From Candidatus Tayloriibacteriota bacterium (GTDB lineage: Bacteria > Patescibacteriota > Minisyncoccia > Phycocordibacterales > PALSA-1337): a DNA stretch of 64,000 nt. The DNA lies in NCBI GenBank assembly GCA_943350765.1, contig CALRAJ010000003.1, positions 1,456 through 65,455 on the forward strand. The letters run 5' to 3'. The notes beneath the pieces were generated by a model, which saw nothing but the letters and a program-made list of their open reading frames with translations, was not told where the DNA came from and did not search any database. This document shows positions 17,055-26,552 of this stretch, one piece after another; within the stretch, counting starts at the first letter, position 1, and every line of letters starts with the position of its first letter. The position numbers and the translations under genes were made by a program.

Positions 17055-17606
17055 ATGTATCATCTTCTTCCACTAGCCGAAAAAAGATTACTGCTCTCTG
17101 AGTATAAAACTCGTTTTTTGATTGTTTCATTGGTAGCATTACTAGTACTTATTTTGCTTGGAATAGTATTTCTTCTACCCTCATTATTTTTAGCCGATGC
17201 AAAAAATCAAGCTGTAAATAGTCGCATCAAGATATTGAAAGACACAGTCCTGAGTAAGCAAGACAGCACTATAAGTACTATTTTTGAGAGTACTAAATCT
17301 GATTTGAAATTATTGACGAGTGGACAAGATTCTCTATCGCTTAGAACTTTGCTCGAGACAATCATAAACGATCGTATTTCAGGAATAAGTATAAGAAGCT
17401 TTTCTTTTTCTCGCATAGAGGCTGATGGAAGTATTCTTGCAACAATAAAAGGGGTGTATACAGAGAGAGATTCGCTAGTCGCTTTTCGCAAGAGTCTGGA
17501 GAGAGAAAAGATATTTAATAGGGTTGATTTGCCGATCTCGTCTTTAGCAAAAAGTAAAAATGCAGATTTTACTATTGAGCTAGTTGCCTCCGAACCTAAA
17601 AAATAA
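17055..17606 (+). CDS. pilN: PilN-like pilus assembly protein
   Basis: single N-terminal TM, coiled-coil, position after pilM. Confidence 0.5.
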   Translation: MYHLLPLAEKRLLLSEYKTRFLIVSLVALLVLILLGIVFLLPSLFLADAKNQAVNSRIKILKDTVLSKQDSTISTIFESTKSDLKLLTSGQDSLSLRTLLETIINDRISGISIRSFSFSRIEADGSILATIKGVYTERDSLVAFRKSLEREKIFNRVDLPISSLAKSKNADFTIELVASEPKK

Positions 17607-18189
17607 AAATATGCACAATTCAAAAAACACCATTCTTTTAGTTTCAATTAGCCTCATCTGTATACTTGCTATATTTGTTTTGTGTTGGGCGGTTATCGGT
17701 ATTAAGCAAAAAGTCGGTGATACCGCTTCAACATTATCTGATGTAGGTGTGTTGGAAAAAAATGACATGGAGTACCAGATATCAGAAAAAAATATAAAAC
17801 TAACACAAGGAGATCGTGCCAAAATCGCATCATACATAGTTTCAAAAGACGGTGTGGTGGATTTTATAAAACTAATAGAAAGCATTGCTAGTAAAAGTAA
17901 TATGGAAATATCGATTAAAACAGTGAGAGAGTCCGGCACTGTTGAGCAGGCTACCTCATCACCAAAAGTAATGCTCAGTTTACCACTCAGTGTTACAGGT
18001 ACTTGGCAAAACATCATGCTCTTTCTGGCCTTGCTTGAGAGCTTGCCTTACAGAATAACTTTATCCAAGGTCGATTTTAGAAGAATAGAATCCGAGGAGG
18101 TATTAGATACAAAGAAAAAAAGTCAATTTTCAAAGTCCAATCCTGGCTGGCAGGGTGATTTTGAATTGAGTGTATTAAAATTTAAATAA
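17584..18189 (+). CDS. pilO: PilO-like pilus assembly protein
   Basis: single TM then periplasmic domain; operon position. Confidence 0.45.
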   Translation: MPPNLKNKNMHNSKNTILLVSISLICILAIFVLCWAVIGIKQKVGDTASTLSDVGVLEKNDMEYQISEKNIKLTQGDRAKIASYIVSKDGVVDFIKLIESIASKSNMEISIKTVRESGTVEQATSSPKVMLSLPLSVTGTWQNIMLFLALLESLPYRITLSKVDFRRIESEEVLDTKKKSQFSKSNPGWQGDFELSVLKFK

Positions 18190-18194
18190 AGTAT

Positions 18195-18383
18195 ATGACA
18201 GATAGTATATTCACAAAAGAAGGTATTGCGATAAAACCAGTATCACAAAAAAAAGTTCAAAAAGCTCCTAAGCGCTATTTTAGACGATTAGGACATGATG
18301 TAAATCAGGATTGGCTGATGATCGTGGGGAGCTTTATGTGTTTATCGGTTATTTTTTTTGATTATCGCTATCTGGATATATAG
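18195..18383 (+). CDS. hypothetical small protein (possible PilP-like)
   Basis: 62-aa ORF with one hydrophobic helix; weak. Confidence 0.2.
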   Translation: MTDSIFTKEGIAIKPVSQKKVQKAPKRYFRRLGHDVNQDWLMIVGSFMCLSVIFFDYRYLDI

Positions 18384-18588
18384 TACTGTATATGCTGGAA
18401 AAAGCTTTTCATTTGAAACCAATTCAATACCAGCGTCTCCTGTTCTAATAAATACAAAATCACTAACCGAAACCATAGAAAAGTATGAGCAAAAAAGACT
18501 AAAGTTTAATTTTTTGCAACAGAATGGGGTGAGGAGCTTTGACCCATCTCTGTAAGAGTGCTATAGTCCTCGATAAGTAATAATAAAT

Positions 18589-18663
18589 GCCCTCGTAGTT
18601 CAATGGATAGAACTGCGGACTTCTAAGCCGTCAATGTTGGTTCGATTCCAACCGAGGGCACCA
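18589..18663 (+). tRNA. tRNA-Arg (anticodon TCT), CCA encoded
   Basis: acceptor GCCCTCG/CGAGGGC, anticodon loop CTTCTAA (A31-G39 mismatch in stem), T-arm GTTGGTTCGATTCCAAC. Confidence 0.85.
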
Positions 18664-19027
18664 AATAAACCTGTAAGGGTTTTTTGTGCAACCTCGGTTG
18701 GAATCGAACCGGAAAGGGGTCGGGGAACGGGAGTTCCCCGTGGAGGAAAACAACGAGTACTCGAGTGTTAGAAACCGTGGGTTTCTAAAGAGCCCGACAC
18801 ACGGAGGGCGAGTGAGATAGCGAAGCGCCCAACCGAGGGCACAAAAAAATGCGGAGCACTTTTTGTGCCCTCGAGCAGGCAAACTGCTTTGCCTGCGGGT
18901 CGGAATCGAACAGCGGAGTCATGTTTTTATACCAAGAAAAACAGGCGAGCTGGTGCCCAGACCAAAGTTTTTGACGAAAAACTTTGAGTCGCGGGCGATA
19001 AATGTACTCATGGTCCAACCGAGGGTT
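18664..19027 (+). repeat. tRNA-linked composite elements: type I core then type II core in tandem (follow tRNA-Arg-TCT)
   Basis: inverted copy CAACCTCGGTTGGAATCGAACC 18689-18710; type I core 18715-18792; direct copy CCCAACCGAGGGCACA 18828-18843; inverted TGTGCCCTCG-[CUGC hairpin]-GGTCGGAATCGAAC 18863-18910; type II core ..GGTGCCCAGACC-hairpin-AGTCGCGGGCGATAAATGTACTCATGGTC; direct copy CAACCGAGGG 19015-19026. Confidence 0.6.
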
Positions 19028-19062
19028 TGATTTCGGTATTAAAAAGTGTATTATGGTTTCAT

Positions 19063-19665
19063 ATGGAATACAAAAAGCTCGTACAAAAAATCGCTAACCT
19101 TGATTGGGCTAAAGCAAATCCTGGTGATATAGTTTTGTTATCTCTTTGTACCGCAAAGGAGTTTGCATCTAGTCTTCGTTTTGGATTTGATTTATATCCA
19201 AACGATGAACGCTTCAAGGAAATGGCAAGTGGTGAGCTTAAAACGGACAACATGGTTTTTGAGGATTATGCAAGGAAAGGGGATCATTGGGAATTTCTGG
19301 ATCATTTTGTCACAAAGTACAAAATTACACCAACAAAATCAACAATTCCATCTGCGATGGAGAATTATGTCTCTGCGGTCGAAGGATTTTCTGATGCCGA
19401 TCGAGCGATGACAGTTTTTTCTCGTGAAGAAGAGTTAACTTTGATATTTGAAAAAATTGTCGCGGCACATGATTGGGATAGCCTCGGTTTTGGTTTTTAT
19501 AAATACTATCTAAAACAGCACATATTATTTGATTCTGGGGATAATGGACACGCACATCTTACAAAGCATTTTCCTATGCACAAGCCGACCCTCGAGAGAT
19601 TCTATAAAGCACGCTTAGACCTATACGCCTCACTCTTCCCATACGGCTCAACAGAGCCAAAATGA
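19063..19665 (+). CDS. hypothetical protein (possible heme-oxygenase-like/DUF3050-type fold)
   Basis: about 200 aa, helical; no confident motif. Confidence 0.3.
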   Translation: MEYKKLVQKIANLDWAKANPGDIVLLSLCTAKEFASSLRFGFDLYPNDERFKEMASGELKTDNMVFEDYARKGDHWEFLDHFVTKYKITPTKSTIPSAMENYVSAVEGFSDADRAMTVFSREEELTLIFEKIVAAHDWDSLGFGFYKYYLKQHILFDSGDNGHAHLTKHFPMHKPTLERFYKARLDLYASLFPYGSTEPK

Positions 19666-19697
19666 ACGGCTCAACAGGCCTGTTGAGCCGTTCATTT

Positions 19698-20585
19698 CTA
19701 CACCCCTCCATTCACCGCTTTTTCTGCCATTTTTAAGGCCCCTTCTTTTGACCACGCTTTTGCAATAAAACCATTTTTGTGACAGAACTCTGCGTCTGAA
19801 ACTCCACAAATACCCGCCAGCTCAACACGCATTCGCCCACGCCATTCGGTGGGAAAGAGTACTCGATAGCTAAAACCTTTGGCTGTGTCATTTGGCACAC
19901 AGGCGATGACCCATTCTCCAGTATTTTGGTCTGGGTGGATTACAAACAAGGGCTCTTTGAGCTTTCCTAGAGTTGATTTCCATGGGTAGGGATGCTCGAG
20001 TAAAATTATTCTTTTGTCTTTTGCATGTGCATAAGCTGTGCGAACTTCTTCTAGGTCTCGGAAAAAGTATTCGGCTTTTTCAATTTCTTTTAATACGATG
20101 ACTTTGATGAGCGGGAGAAGCTCAGTAAATGTATCATCGACATTGGCACTATCTCGCCAAGTCGGGGTGAGGGCTGAGAGAACATTGTTAAATAAATATG
20201 GATAGACACCTTCCCGTACTGGGGAGAAAAGAGCAACGCCGTTGTCGGCGGCATCGATAGGCTGGACCAGCTTTTTGTCTACTATGTCTGCAACCCGAGG
20301 ATCCTTTGCAATAAGATGGGCGTATTCTTTCCACACCAGTCCAAAGCTGGCATAGGGGATACCATTCGCTCTCTGACCTGCCCCGCCTTCCTGATGGTGG
20401 TCAAAACGACCATTTTTGGCGTCATTTATACCGCCTACATCGATGGCGTAGTCGGCATTTTTAATGAGATCAGTGTCTCGTGTGCGGACGATTTTTATTC
20501 CATCACCAAAAATAAGAAGGAGAGTGGCAATAGCAAAAAGCTCATCTTGATGGAAGCTTCCGCTGTGGGTAGTGAGGGTTTTCAT
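19698..20585 (-). CDS. MYG1/UPF0160-family metal-dependent hydrolase
   Basis: HSGSFHQDE N-terminal motif and DHHQ motif characteristic of MYG1. Confidence 0.8.
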   Translation of the reverse strand: MKTLTTHSGSFHQDELFAIATLLLIFGDGIKIVRTRDTDLIKNADYAIDVGGINDAKNGRFDHHQEGGAGQRANGIPYASFGLVWKEYAHLIAKDPRVADIVDKKLVQPIDAADNGVALFSPVREGVYPYLFNNVLSALTPTWRDSANVDDTFTELLPLIKVIVLKEIEKAEYFFRDLEEVRTAYAHAKDKRIILLEHPYPWKSTLGKLKEPLFVIHPDQNTGEWVIACVPNDTAKGFSYRVLFPTEWRGRMRVELAGICGVSDAEFCHKNGFIAKAWSKEGALKMAEKAVNGGV

Positions 20586-20654
20586 CGGTTGGTTGATTGA
20601 AACAATTCTAACATTTTTTGAGAATGGTCGAAAGGGGGGAAAGGTGACTAAGAT

Positions 20655-21167
20655 TTATTTTGGACTGTAGAGTAGTTTGAGCATTTCAAGTCCTCGATGT
20701 GTTTGTACAGATAGAGCGTTTTTTGACTCACCAGTAAGCAAAGACATTTCTTTGAGTGATAAATCCTGGACATATTTCATTCGCATAACCTTTTGATATT
20801 TTGCAGGTAACTGCTGGATTAAAATGATTGCTCTTCTTCCATCGAGTACATTTAGGAAACCATTTGAATTGGGAGCGATTGGTTCAAATCCCTTGTCGAG
20901 GATCATATCGAGCGAGCTTGTTTTGTGTTTTCTGTACTGATCAATAATGAGGTGATTGAGAATGTGGTAGAGAAAGGATTTCATCACATCGATTTTTCCT
21001 CCTTTAACAAGATATCTCCATGTTTTTACAAATGTGTCTTGTACTAAATCTTCACTAGTCGCATGATCGTGTGTTTTATAGTATGCATGCACATTGAGGC
21101 CTTTTTCAAAGTCACGGTGTGCCAAAGCCAATATTGCTTGTCTTTGAGTATTTTGTTTTGGAGTCAT
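20655..21167 (-). CDS. ECF-subfamily RNA polymerase sigma factor
   Basis: region 2 DLVQDTFVKTWRYL and region 4 HTH LSLKEMSLLTGESKNALSVQTHRGL. Confidence 0.85.
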   Translation of the reverse strand: MTPKQNTQRQAILALAHRDFEKGLNVHAYYKTHDHATSEDLVQDTFVKTWRYLVKGGKIDVMKSFLYHILNHLIIDQYRKHKTSSLDMILDKGFEPIAPNSNGFLNVLDGRRAIILIQQLPAKYQKVMRMKYVQDLSLKEMSLLTGESKNALSVQTHRGLEMLKLLYSPK

Positions 21168-21585
21168 TGTGGTAGTGATTATGCCGATTTGATCAGTGAT
21201 ATATTACAGAAACATTACAAAGAGGATGGGCTGGTCAGAATATAACCATATTCTGCAATACCAAATCCTATTAGATGTATAATGGTATATTACACAGAAA
21301 TTACGAATGCGTAGAGCGTATGTGAGACCGAACCATAAGTATACCACAGTACTAGTATAATGGCAAGGTTAATCCTGTGTAAGAACAGCTTATTTGTGGC
21401 GGCATCTAGGGTAGACAGGTTTTTAAAATGGAGGGAGCCTAATACGGACGATCACTTTGTTACAGTTGTCTGTAATTAATCCCACTCCCGCACGGCTTTC
21501 TTTATGGCTGTAATGATGGTTATTGATTTGCGGGTGTGTTATATACTTGTGTGTGATAGGTATTCAAGTAATTTCTTAAAATTAA

Positions 21586-21969
21586 ATGCAAAAGCAAAAA
21601 ACAATATTAATAATTGAAGATGAAAAAAGCCTCCGTGAAGCCATGGTGGATATCTTGACTATTAAAAATTTTATAACCCTTTCTGCAAAAAACGGCAAAG
21701 AGGGAGTTAAGCTAGCACTTTCAAAGCACCCTGAACTTATATTGCTTGACCTTATTATGCCTGAAATGGATGGTACTGCTACACTAAAGGCGATCCGAGA
21801 AGATGTCTGGGGTAAAAATGTCCCCATTATTATTTTAACAAATCTAGGTACGACCTGTGATCAAAATTTGGGTGGGGCTATAGAGAACAAGTTGACACAT
21901 TATCTAATCAAGTCAGACTGGAGACTCCATGCTATAGTGGAGAAAATAGAGCGTATTTTGAAAGTCTAA
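21586..21969 (+). CDS. standalone response-regulator receiver (REC) domain protein
   Basis: ILIIEDEKSLRE.. phospho-acceptor D in LLDLIMPEMDG, conserved T/K positions; no output domain. Confidence 0.8.
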   Translation: MQKQKTILIIEDEKSLREAMVDILTIKNFITLSAKNGKEGVKLALSKHPELILLDLIMPEMDGTATLKAIREDVWGKNVPIIILTNLGTTCDQNLGGAIENKLTHYLIKSDWRLHAIVEKIERILKV

Positions 21970-21976
21970 TAATTAT

Positions 21977-23383
21977 ATGAATAAAAAAGCTATAATTTCT
22001 GCATTCGAAGACATAATTCTTAGCCTCAAGGTTTTGGCAAAAGAAAAAGAAAGTGTTCGACGAAAGCTTGTTACAACAGCAGCAAAACTTGCAGCAACTG
22101 CTGAAAAGCTTGCGATTACTGCAAAAGAAAAAGAAAGTGTTCGACGCAAACTCGTTATCACCGCTGAAGAAAAGGAAGATGTCCGTCGTAGGCTCGCAAT
22201 AACCGCTGAGAAACTCAAAAAATCTTATGAGACACTTGAACAAAAAGTTCTTGAGCGTACAAAAGATCTTGAAATGTCTCGAGCAAAAGAAAAGGCAATT
22301 TTACTCTCGATCGGCGATGGTCTACTAGTGACTGATGAAAAACGAAACATCATCATAATAAACAAAACAGCCGAAAAACTGCTCGGTGTAAAAAGTCAGG
22401 AAGTCGTCGGAAAATCTTTTTTCGAAGCGGTTTTACTTGTGGATGAAAAAGGAGTGAGTATTCCATCAGATAAGTATCCAATAAAAATGAATACAACGGG
22501 GATTGCTAGCACTGTTGCTGGTACTACTTACTATTGTTTGCGAAAAGATAAAACAAAATTTCCTATGGCGATCACGGCAACCCCAGTTCTTTTGGGTGGA
22601 AAAGTTATTGGAACGATTATAATCTTTAGGGATGTGACCAATGAGCGTGATGTGGATAAAGCCAAAACAGAATTCGTTTCACTCGCAAGTCATCAGCTCC
22701 GCACCCCACTCTCAGCGGTTAATTGGTACGCAGAAATGCTTTTGGCAGGTGATGTTGGAGAATTGAATGAAAAACAAAAAAAGTATTTAGATGAAGTGTA
22801 TCGAAGTAATCAGCGTATGGTCGAATTGGTAAACGCCCTCTTGGATGTCTCCAGTCTCGAGTTGGGAACATTTGTTATTGAGCCAGAATCAACCAATGTA
22901 ATCGAACTCATCCAAAGTGTAATAGATGAACAGATGCCACAGATCAATGGTAAAAAGATATTAATGTCTTTTTTATTTGAAAAAGATATTTCATTAATGC
23001 GTGTTGACCCTAAACATCTTCGGATGGTGGTACAGAACATTTTATCTAATGCTGTGAAGTATACTCATGACGGTGGTGATATTAAGATAGAAGTTTCATC
23101 ACCAGAAAAAAAGAACATTCTTCTAAAGATTTCTGATAATGGTTATGGTATTCCAAAAAACCAGCAAGATAAAATCTTTACTAAGCTGTTTCGGGCGGAC
23201 AATGTTAGGGGTAAAGACACTGATGGTACAGGACTTGGGCTATACATCGTAAAATCGATCGTGGAAAACTCAGGTGGGAAGGTTTGGTTTGAATCATTTA
23301 GAGATAAAGAAAGCAAGGGTACCACTTTTTATGTAAAGTTCCCATTGAATAGTGGTATGTCGATTCCTATAAAAAATAATTAA
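21977..23383 (+). CDS. cytoplasmic sensor histidine kinase (coiled-coil repeats, PAS, HisKA, HATPase_c)
   Basis: H-box LASHQLRTPLSAVNWYAEML; N, G1 (DNGYGIP) and G2 (GTGLGL) boxes; N-terminal tandem EKESVRRKLV repeats; no TM segments. Confidence 0.85.
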   Translation: MNKKAIISAFEDIILSLKVLAKEKESVRRKLVTTAAKLAATAEKLAITAKEKESVRRKLVITAEEKEDVRRRLAITAEKLKKSYETLEQKVLERTKDLEMSRAKEKAILLSIGDGLLVTDEKRNIIIINKTAEKLLGVKSQEVVGKSFFEAVLLVDEKGVSIPSDKYPIKMNTTGIASTVAGTTYYCLRKDKTKFPMAITATPVLLGGKVIGTIIIFRDVTNERDVDKAKTEFVSLASHQLRTPLSAVNWYAEMLLAGDVGELNEKQKKYLDEVYRSNQRMVELVNALLDVSSLELGTFVIEPESTNVIELIQSVIDEQMPQINGKKILMSFLFEKDISLMRVDPKHLRMVVQNILSNAVKYTHDGGDIKIEVSSPEKKNILLKISDNGYGIPKNQQDKIFTKLFRADNVRGKDTDGTGLGLYIVKSIVENSGGKVWFESFRDKESKGTTFYVKFPLNSGMSIPIKNN

Positions 23384-23388
23384 TAACT

Positions 23389-23847
23389 ATGATTAAAAAA
23401 CCAGTCAAACAGAAAACAATTTTGGTTATTGAGGACGAGAGACCATTACTCGAAGCTATTAACGCTAAGCTCGAAAAAAATGGTTTTAGTGTAATCGGCG
23501 CAAGAAGTGTTGAGCAGGCATTTGGTGTAGAACTTGGAAAAAAGGGTATGGGAGCAATCACTATCCAAAATATTGAGCAGGCGCTCAAGTATCTCGAAGA
23601 CCTAGAGCATGTCGATGCGATTTGGCTAGACCACCATCTTTTGGGCAATGAGGACGGACTTGATTTTGTAAAGAAATTTAAAGCAAACGGGGGGCGATGG
23701 GGGAAGATACCTGTCTTTGTAGTCAGCAATGCAGCAAGTCCTAAAACAATAAAATCATATGCTGAGTCTGGAGTAAATAAATACTATGTAAAATCTAACC
23801 ATCGACTCGATGAGATTGTTGAGGATATAAAACTGTCTTTGCGATAG
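23389..23847 (+). CDS. atypical standalone REC-domain protein
   Basis: ILVIEDERPLLEAI.., D in IWLDHHLLG; C-terminus paralogous to the 21586 protein. Confidence 0.7.
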   Translation: MIKKPVKQKTILVIEDERPLLEAINAKLEKNGFSVIGARSVEQAFGVELGKKGMGAITIQNIEQALKYLEDLEHVDAIWLDHHLLGNEDGLDFVKKFKANGGRWGKIPVFVVSNAASPKTIKSYAESGVNKYYVKSNHRLDEIVEDIKLSLR

Positions 23848-23895
23848 TTAGGCAACATCACTTGTAATATATTTATTTCTGGTACGGCTTAGTAT

Positions 23896-24186
23896 GTGAA
23901 GAAGAAGTTTAATAATTATTTAACTAAAAAATATATGGGAATCATTTTATGGATTATTTTTGGTGCATTAGTTGGTTGGGTAGCGTCTTTGTTTATGAAG
24001 ACTGATGCTGAGCAGGGGACTATATTAAATATCGTGGTCGGTATTGTAGGTGCTGTGCTAGGTGGCTGGCTTATGAGCTTTTTTGGTAAAAGCGGTATAA
24101 GTGGTTTCAATATTTACAGTTTTATTGTTGCTTTACTCGGTGCGATATTGTTTATTGCGATTGTTAAGGCTTTAAGGCGAGCGTAA
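23896..24186 (+). CDS. GlsB/YeaQ/YmgE-family stress-associated membrane protein
   Basis: [26 protein letters not shown] glycine-zipper TM pattern typical of transglycosylase-associated proteins. Confidence 0.75.
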   Translation: MKKKFNNYLTKKYMGIILWIIFGALVGWVASLFMKTDAEQGTILNIVVGIVGAVLGGWLMSFFGKSGISGFNIYSFIVALLGAILFIAIVKALRRA

Positions 24187-24263
24187 TAATCCAAAGTTTC
24201 CAAAGTCAGTTTATCATATCGTTTTGGGTTGTCGAAAATTCTAAAGTTATATCAGTTTATTTT

Positions 24264-25868
24264 ATGTCTATGAAAATCTATCAATACATGTCGACAGTAC
24301 TTACCAGATCAGTTTTTGTTTTGCTTTTGTTGATGTCGTGGACAAACTTTGCTTCTGCACATAGGAATCCTATCACTTGTAATGGTAGTGCCTTAAACAT
24401 TCTTCTTTTTACAGCTTCTACACCAGTTCATGTCGGTGACACTATTACTTATGATGTGAGTATATTTAATGGCACTAGCGCTACTCCTATTTCTTGTAAT
24501 GCTACTGTTATTACCGCCTCTGTTACTACACCTGATGGCATACTGCACGCTATTATGCTCAAGCGTACATCCCTAAGTAATTTAGAGATGGATAATTATC
24601 CAGCAATAGTGTCTTATGTCGTGAGAGCTCAAGATGTCCGTCCTGATGGTACAGTGAGGACTACTGCAAAAGTGGATGGGACGATTCATCAAAACGATAC
24701 TGATAGTGGAGGAGGTGGAGATCAAGAGGTCAATACAGAAATTATAAATACACTCAATATTATTAAAACTGTTATAAATGATAATGATGGTACCGCTGTT
24801 TCTGCCGATTTTTCTATAAATGTAAAAACCGCAGCTGGGGCGCATGTCTCAGGAAGTCCTGCTGTGGGTGTGGTATCGCCGGGTAGACCGTATTCAACAC
24901 TTACGGCAGGTACTTATGTTGTAAGCGAAACTACAAATGCTTCATATACCCAAAGTTTTAGTGGAGACTGTGATACAAACGGTAGCGTTACAATCGCTGT
25001 AGGTGATAGTAAGACCTGTACGATTACTAACAATGATATCGCCCCTCCGCCTCCATCTGGCGGTGGAGGAGGTGGGGGTGGAGGCGGCGGACCACTTCCA
25101 GTACCAATTATCGGTATTGCAAAGGTGCCAGAACCACTTGCTCTATCTACAGGACCAGGTTTGGTTACATACGATTACACTGTCTCTAATCCAGGAACAC
25201 AGCTATCACTGGTCAATGTTACAGTCGCTGATGATAAGTGTAGTCCCGTAGTCTTTCTTTCAGGCGATCTAAACAGTAATCTCAAACTCGATCTAGCTGA
25301 AAAATGGAAATATAGCTGTACCACAACTCTGGCAACTACTACTACGAACACAGTAACTACTGTTGGTTACGGGGATGACGGCTACCGTCGTTCCACTACG
25401 GCTACTGCGGTTGCCACGGTTGTTGTCAGTACTCCACTACCTTCTCCCACTATTCATATAGAAAAAGTACCAAATCGTCTAACTCCATTTCCATTTGGTG
25501 GTGGTGAGGTGATTTATACATATACGGTAACTAATACAGGTGTGTTGGCAATGCACGATGTGGTCGTCACTGACGATAAATGTTCCCCTGTTTCCAGCCC
25601 ATTTGGTGATATAAATAACGACAGTTTACTCGATATTAGTGAAACATGGATTTACACTTGTAAAATGAATATTCCCGTCACAACAGTAAATGTCGCTACA
25701 GCTTTGGGCACGGCAAATGGTTTTACAGTCTCAAGTGTTGCAACAGCCACTGTTCAGGTAGCTACCCCAGGTTTTCCAAAGACAGGTTTTGCTCCTGCAG
25801 AAAAGATTACCCTTTGGACTCTAATCATGAATTTCATGGATAATCTATGGAATCAAAAATCACATTAA
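24264..25868 (+). CDS. secreted surface protein with tandem DUF11-type conserved repeat domains, poly-Gly linker and sortase-like FPKTG motif
   Basis: signal peptide; two repeats VTYDYTVSNPG..VADDKCSPV / VIYTYTVTNTG..VTDDKCSPV; PPPSGGGGGGGGGGGP linker; C-terminal ATPGFPKTGFAP. Confidence 0.6.
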   Translation: MSMKIYQYMSTVLTRSVFVLLLLMSWTNFASAHRNPITCNGSALNILLFTASTPVHVGDTITYDVSIFNGTSATPISCNATVITASVTTPDGILHAIMLKRTSLSNLEMDNYPAIVSYVVRAQDVRPDGTVRTTAKVDGTIHQNDTDSGGGGDQEVNTEIINTLNIIKTVINDNDGTAVSADFSINVKTAAGAHVSGSPAVGVVSPGRPYSTLTAGTYVVSETTNASYTQSFSGDCDTNGSVTIAVGDSKTCTITNNDIAPPPPSGGGGGGGGGGGPLPVPIIGIAKVPEPLALSTGPGLVTYDYTVSNPGTQLSLVNVTVADDKCSPVVFLSGDLNSNLKLDLAEKWKYSCTTTLATTTTNTVTTVGYGDDGYRRSTTATAVATVVVSTPLPSPTIHIEKVPNRLTPFPFGGGEVIYTYTVTNTGVLAMHDVVVTDDKCSPVSSPFGDINNDSLLDISETWIYTCKMNIPVTTVNVATALGTANGFTVSSVATATVQVATPGFPKTGFAPAEKITLWTLIMNFMDNLWNQKSH

Positions 25869-26443
25869 AACGGGTATTGGTTGTCGCCAGCACCATAGTA
25901 ATTATTGTATCTTCATTGACTATTTTTCTGGATTTTCGTGGTTTTGGTCATTCATCAAAAAATCCAAGTCTAGCTTTTTGGAAGCAATCTGTTTCTGGAT
26001 TTCCTGTTCGAATCAAGATTTCTACGATAAATGTCGATACTGTCGTTGAGTCAGTCGGTCTTACTAATGAAGGATTGATGGATGTACCAAAAGATCCTGC
26101 AAATACAGCATGGTTTAACCTAGGACCACGACCTGGAGAAAAAGGAAGTTCAGTTATCAATGGACATGTAGACAGAATAGACGGCACCCCAGGTGTTTTC
26201 TCTAATTTAGATAGATTGAAAAAAGGGGATAAGCTGTATACCGAGGACAATGAGGGAAGAAAGACCACTTTTATAGTGCGTGAGTCGAGGATATATCGTG
26301 AAAGTGAGGATGCTTCAGATGTATTTAATTCAGATGATGAAGTGGCTCACCTCAACCTCATTACCTGTTCAGGACCGTGGAGTAAGGCAAGTAAAACATT
26401 TTTAAATAGACTGGTTGTATTTACAGATATGCAGGCGGAGTAG
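25847..26443 (+). CDS. sortase-family transpeptidase
   Basis: N-terminal TM anchor; catalytic His in VINGHVD and Cys in LNLITCSGPW (TLxTC). Confidence 0.8.
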   Translation: MESKITLKRVLVVASTIVIIVSSLTIFLDFRGFGHSSKNPSLAFWKQSVSGFPVRIKISTINVDTVVESVGLTNEGLMDVPKDPANTAWFNLGPRPGEKGSSVINGHVDRIDGTPGVFSNLDRLKKGDKLYTEDNEGRKTTFIVRESRIYRESEDASDVFNSDDEVAHLNLITCSGPWSKASKTFLNRLVVFTDMQAE

Positions 26444-26552
26444 TGTAATAACTATATCTTCTAGACGGCATCATAGGTGGGAGTATAAAAAGGCCGATTA
26501 TACTAAATTTACACAATTATTCCATAATTCTATTAAAATTAATAAAAAATCT

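Noticed and set aside
21932-22243. Minus-strand ORFs 21932-22243 and 21973-22218
   Set aside because: Antisense to the tandem coiled-coil repeat region at the 5' end of the histidine kinase gene. Repeat-driven open frames rich in S/F/C; no independent coding signal.
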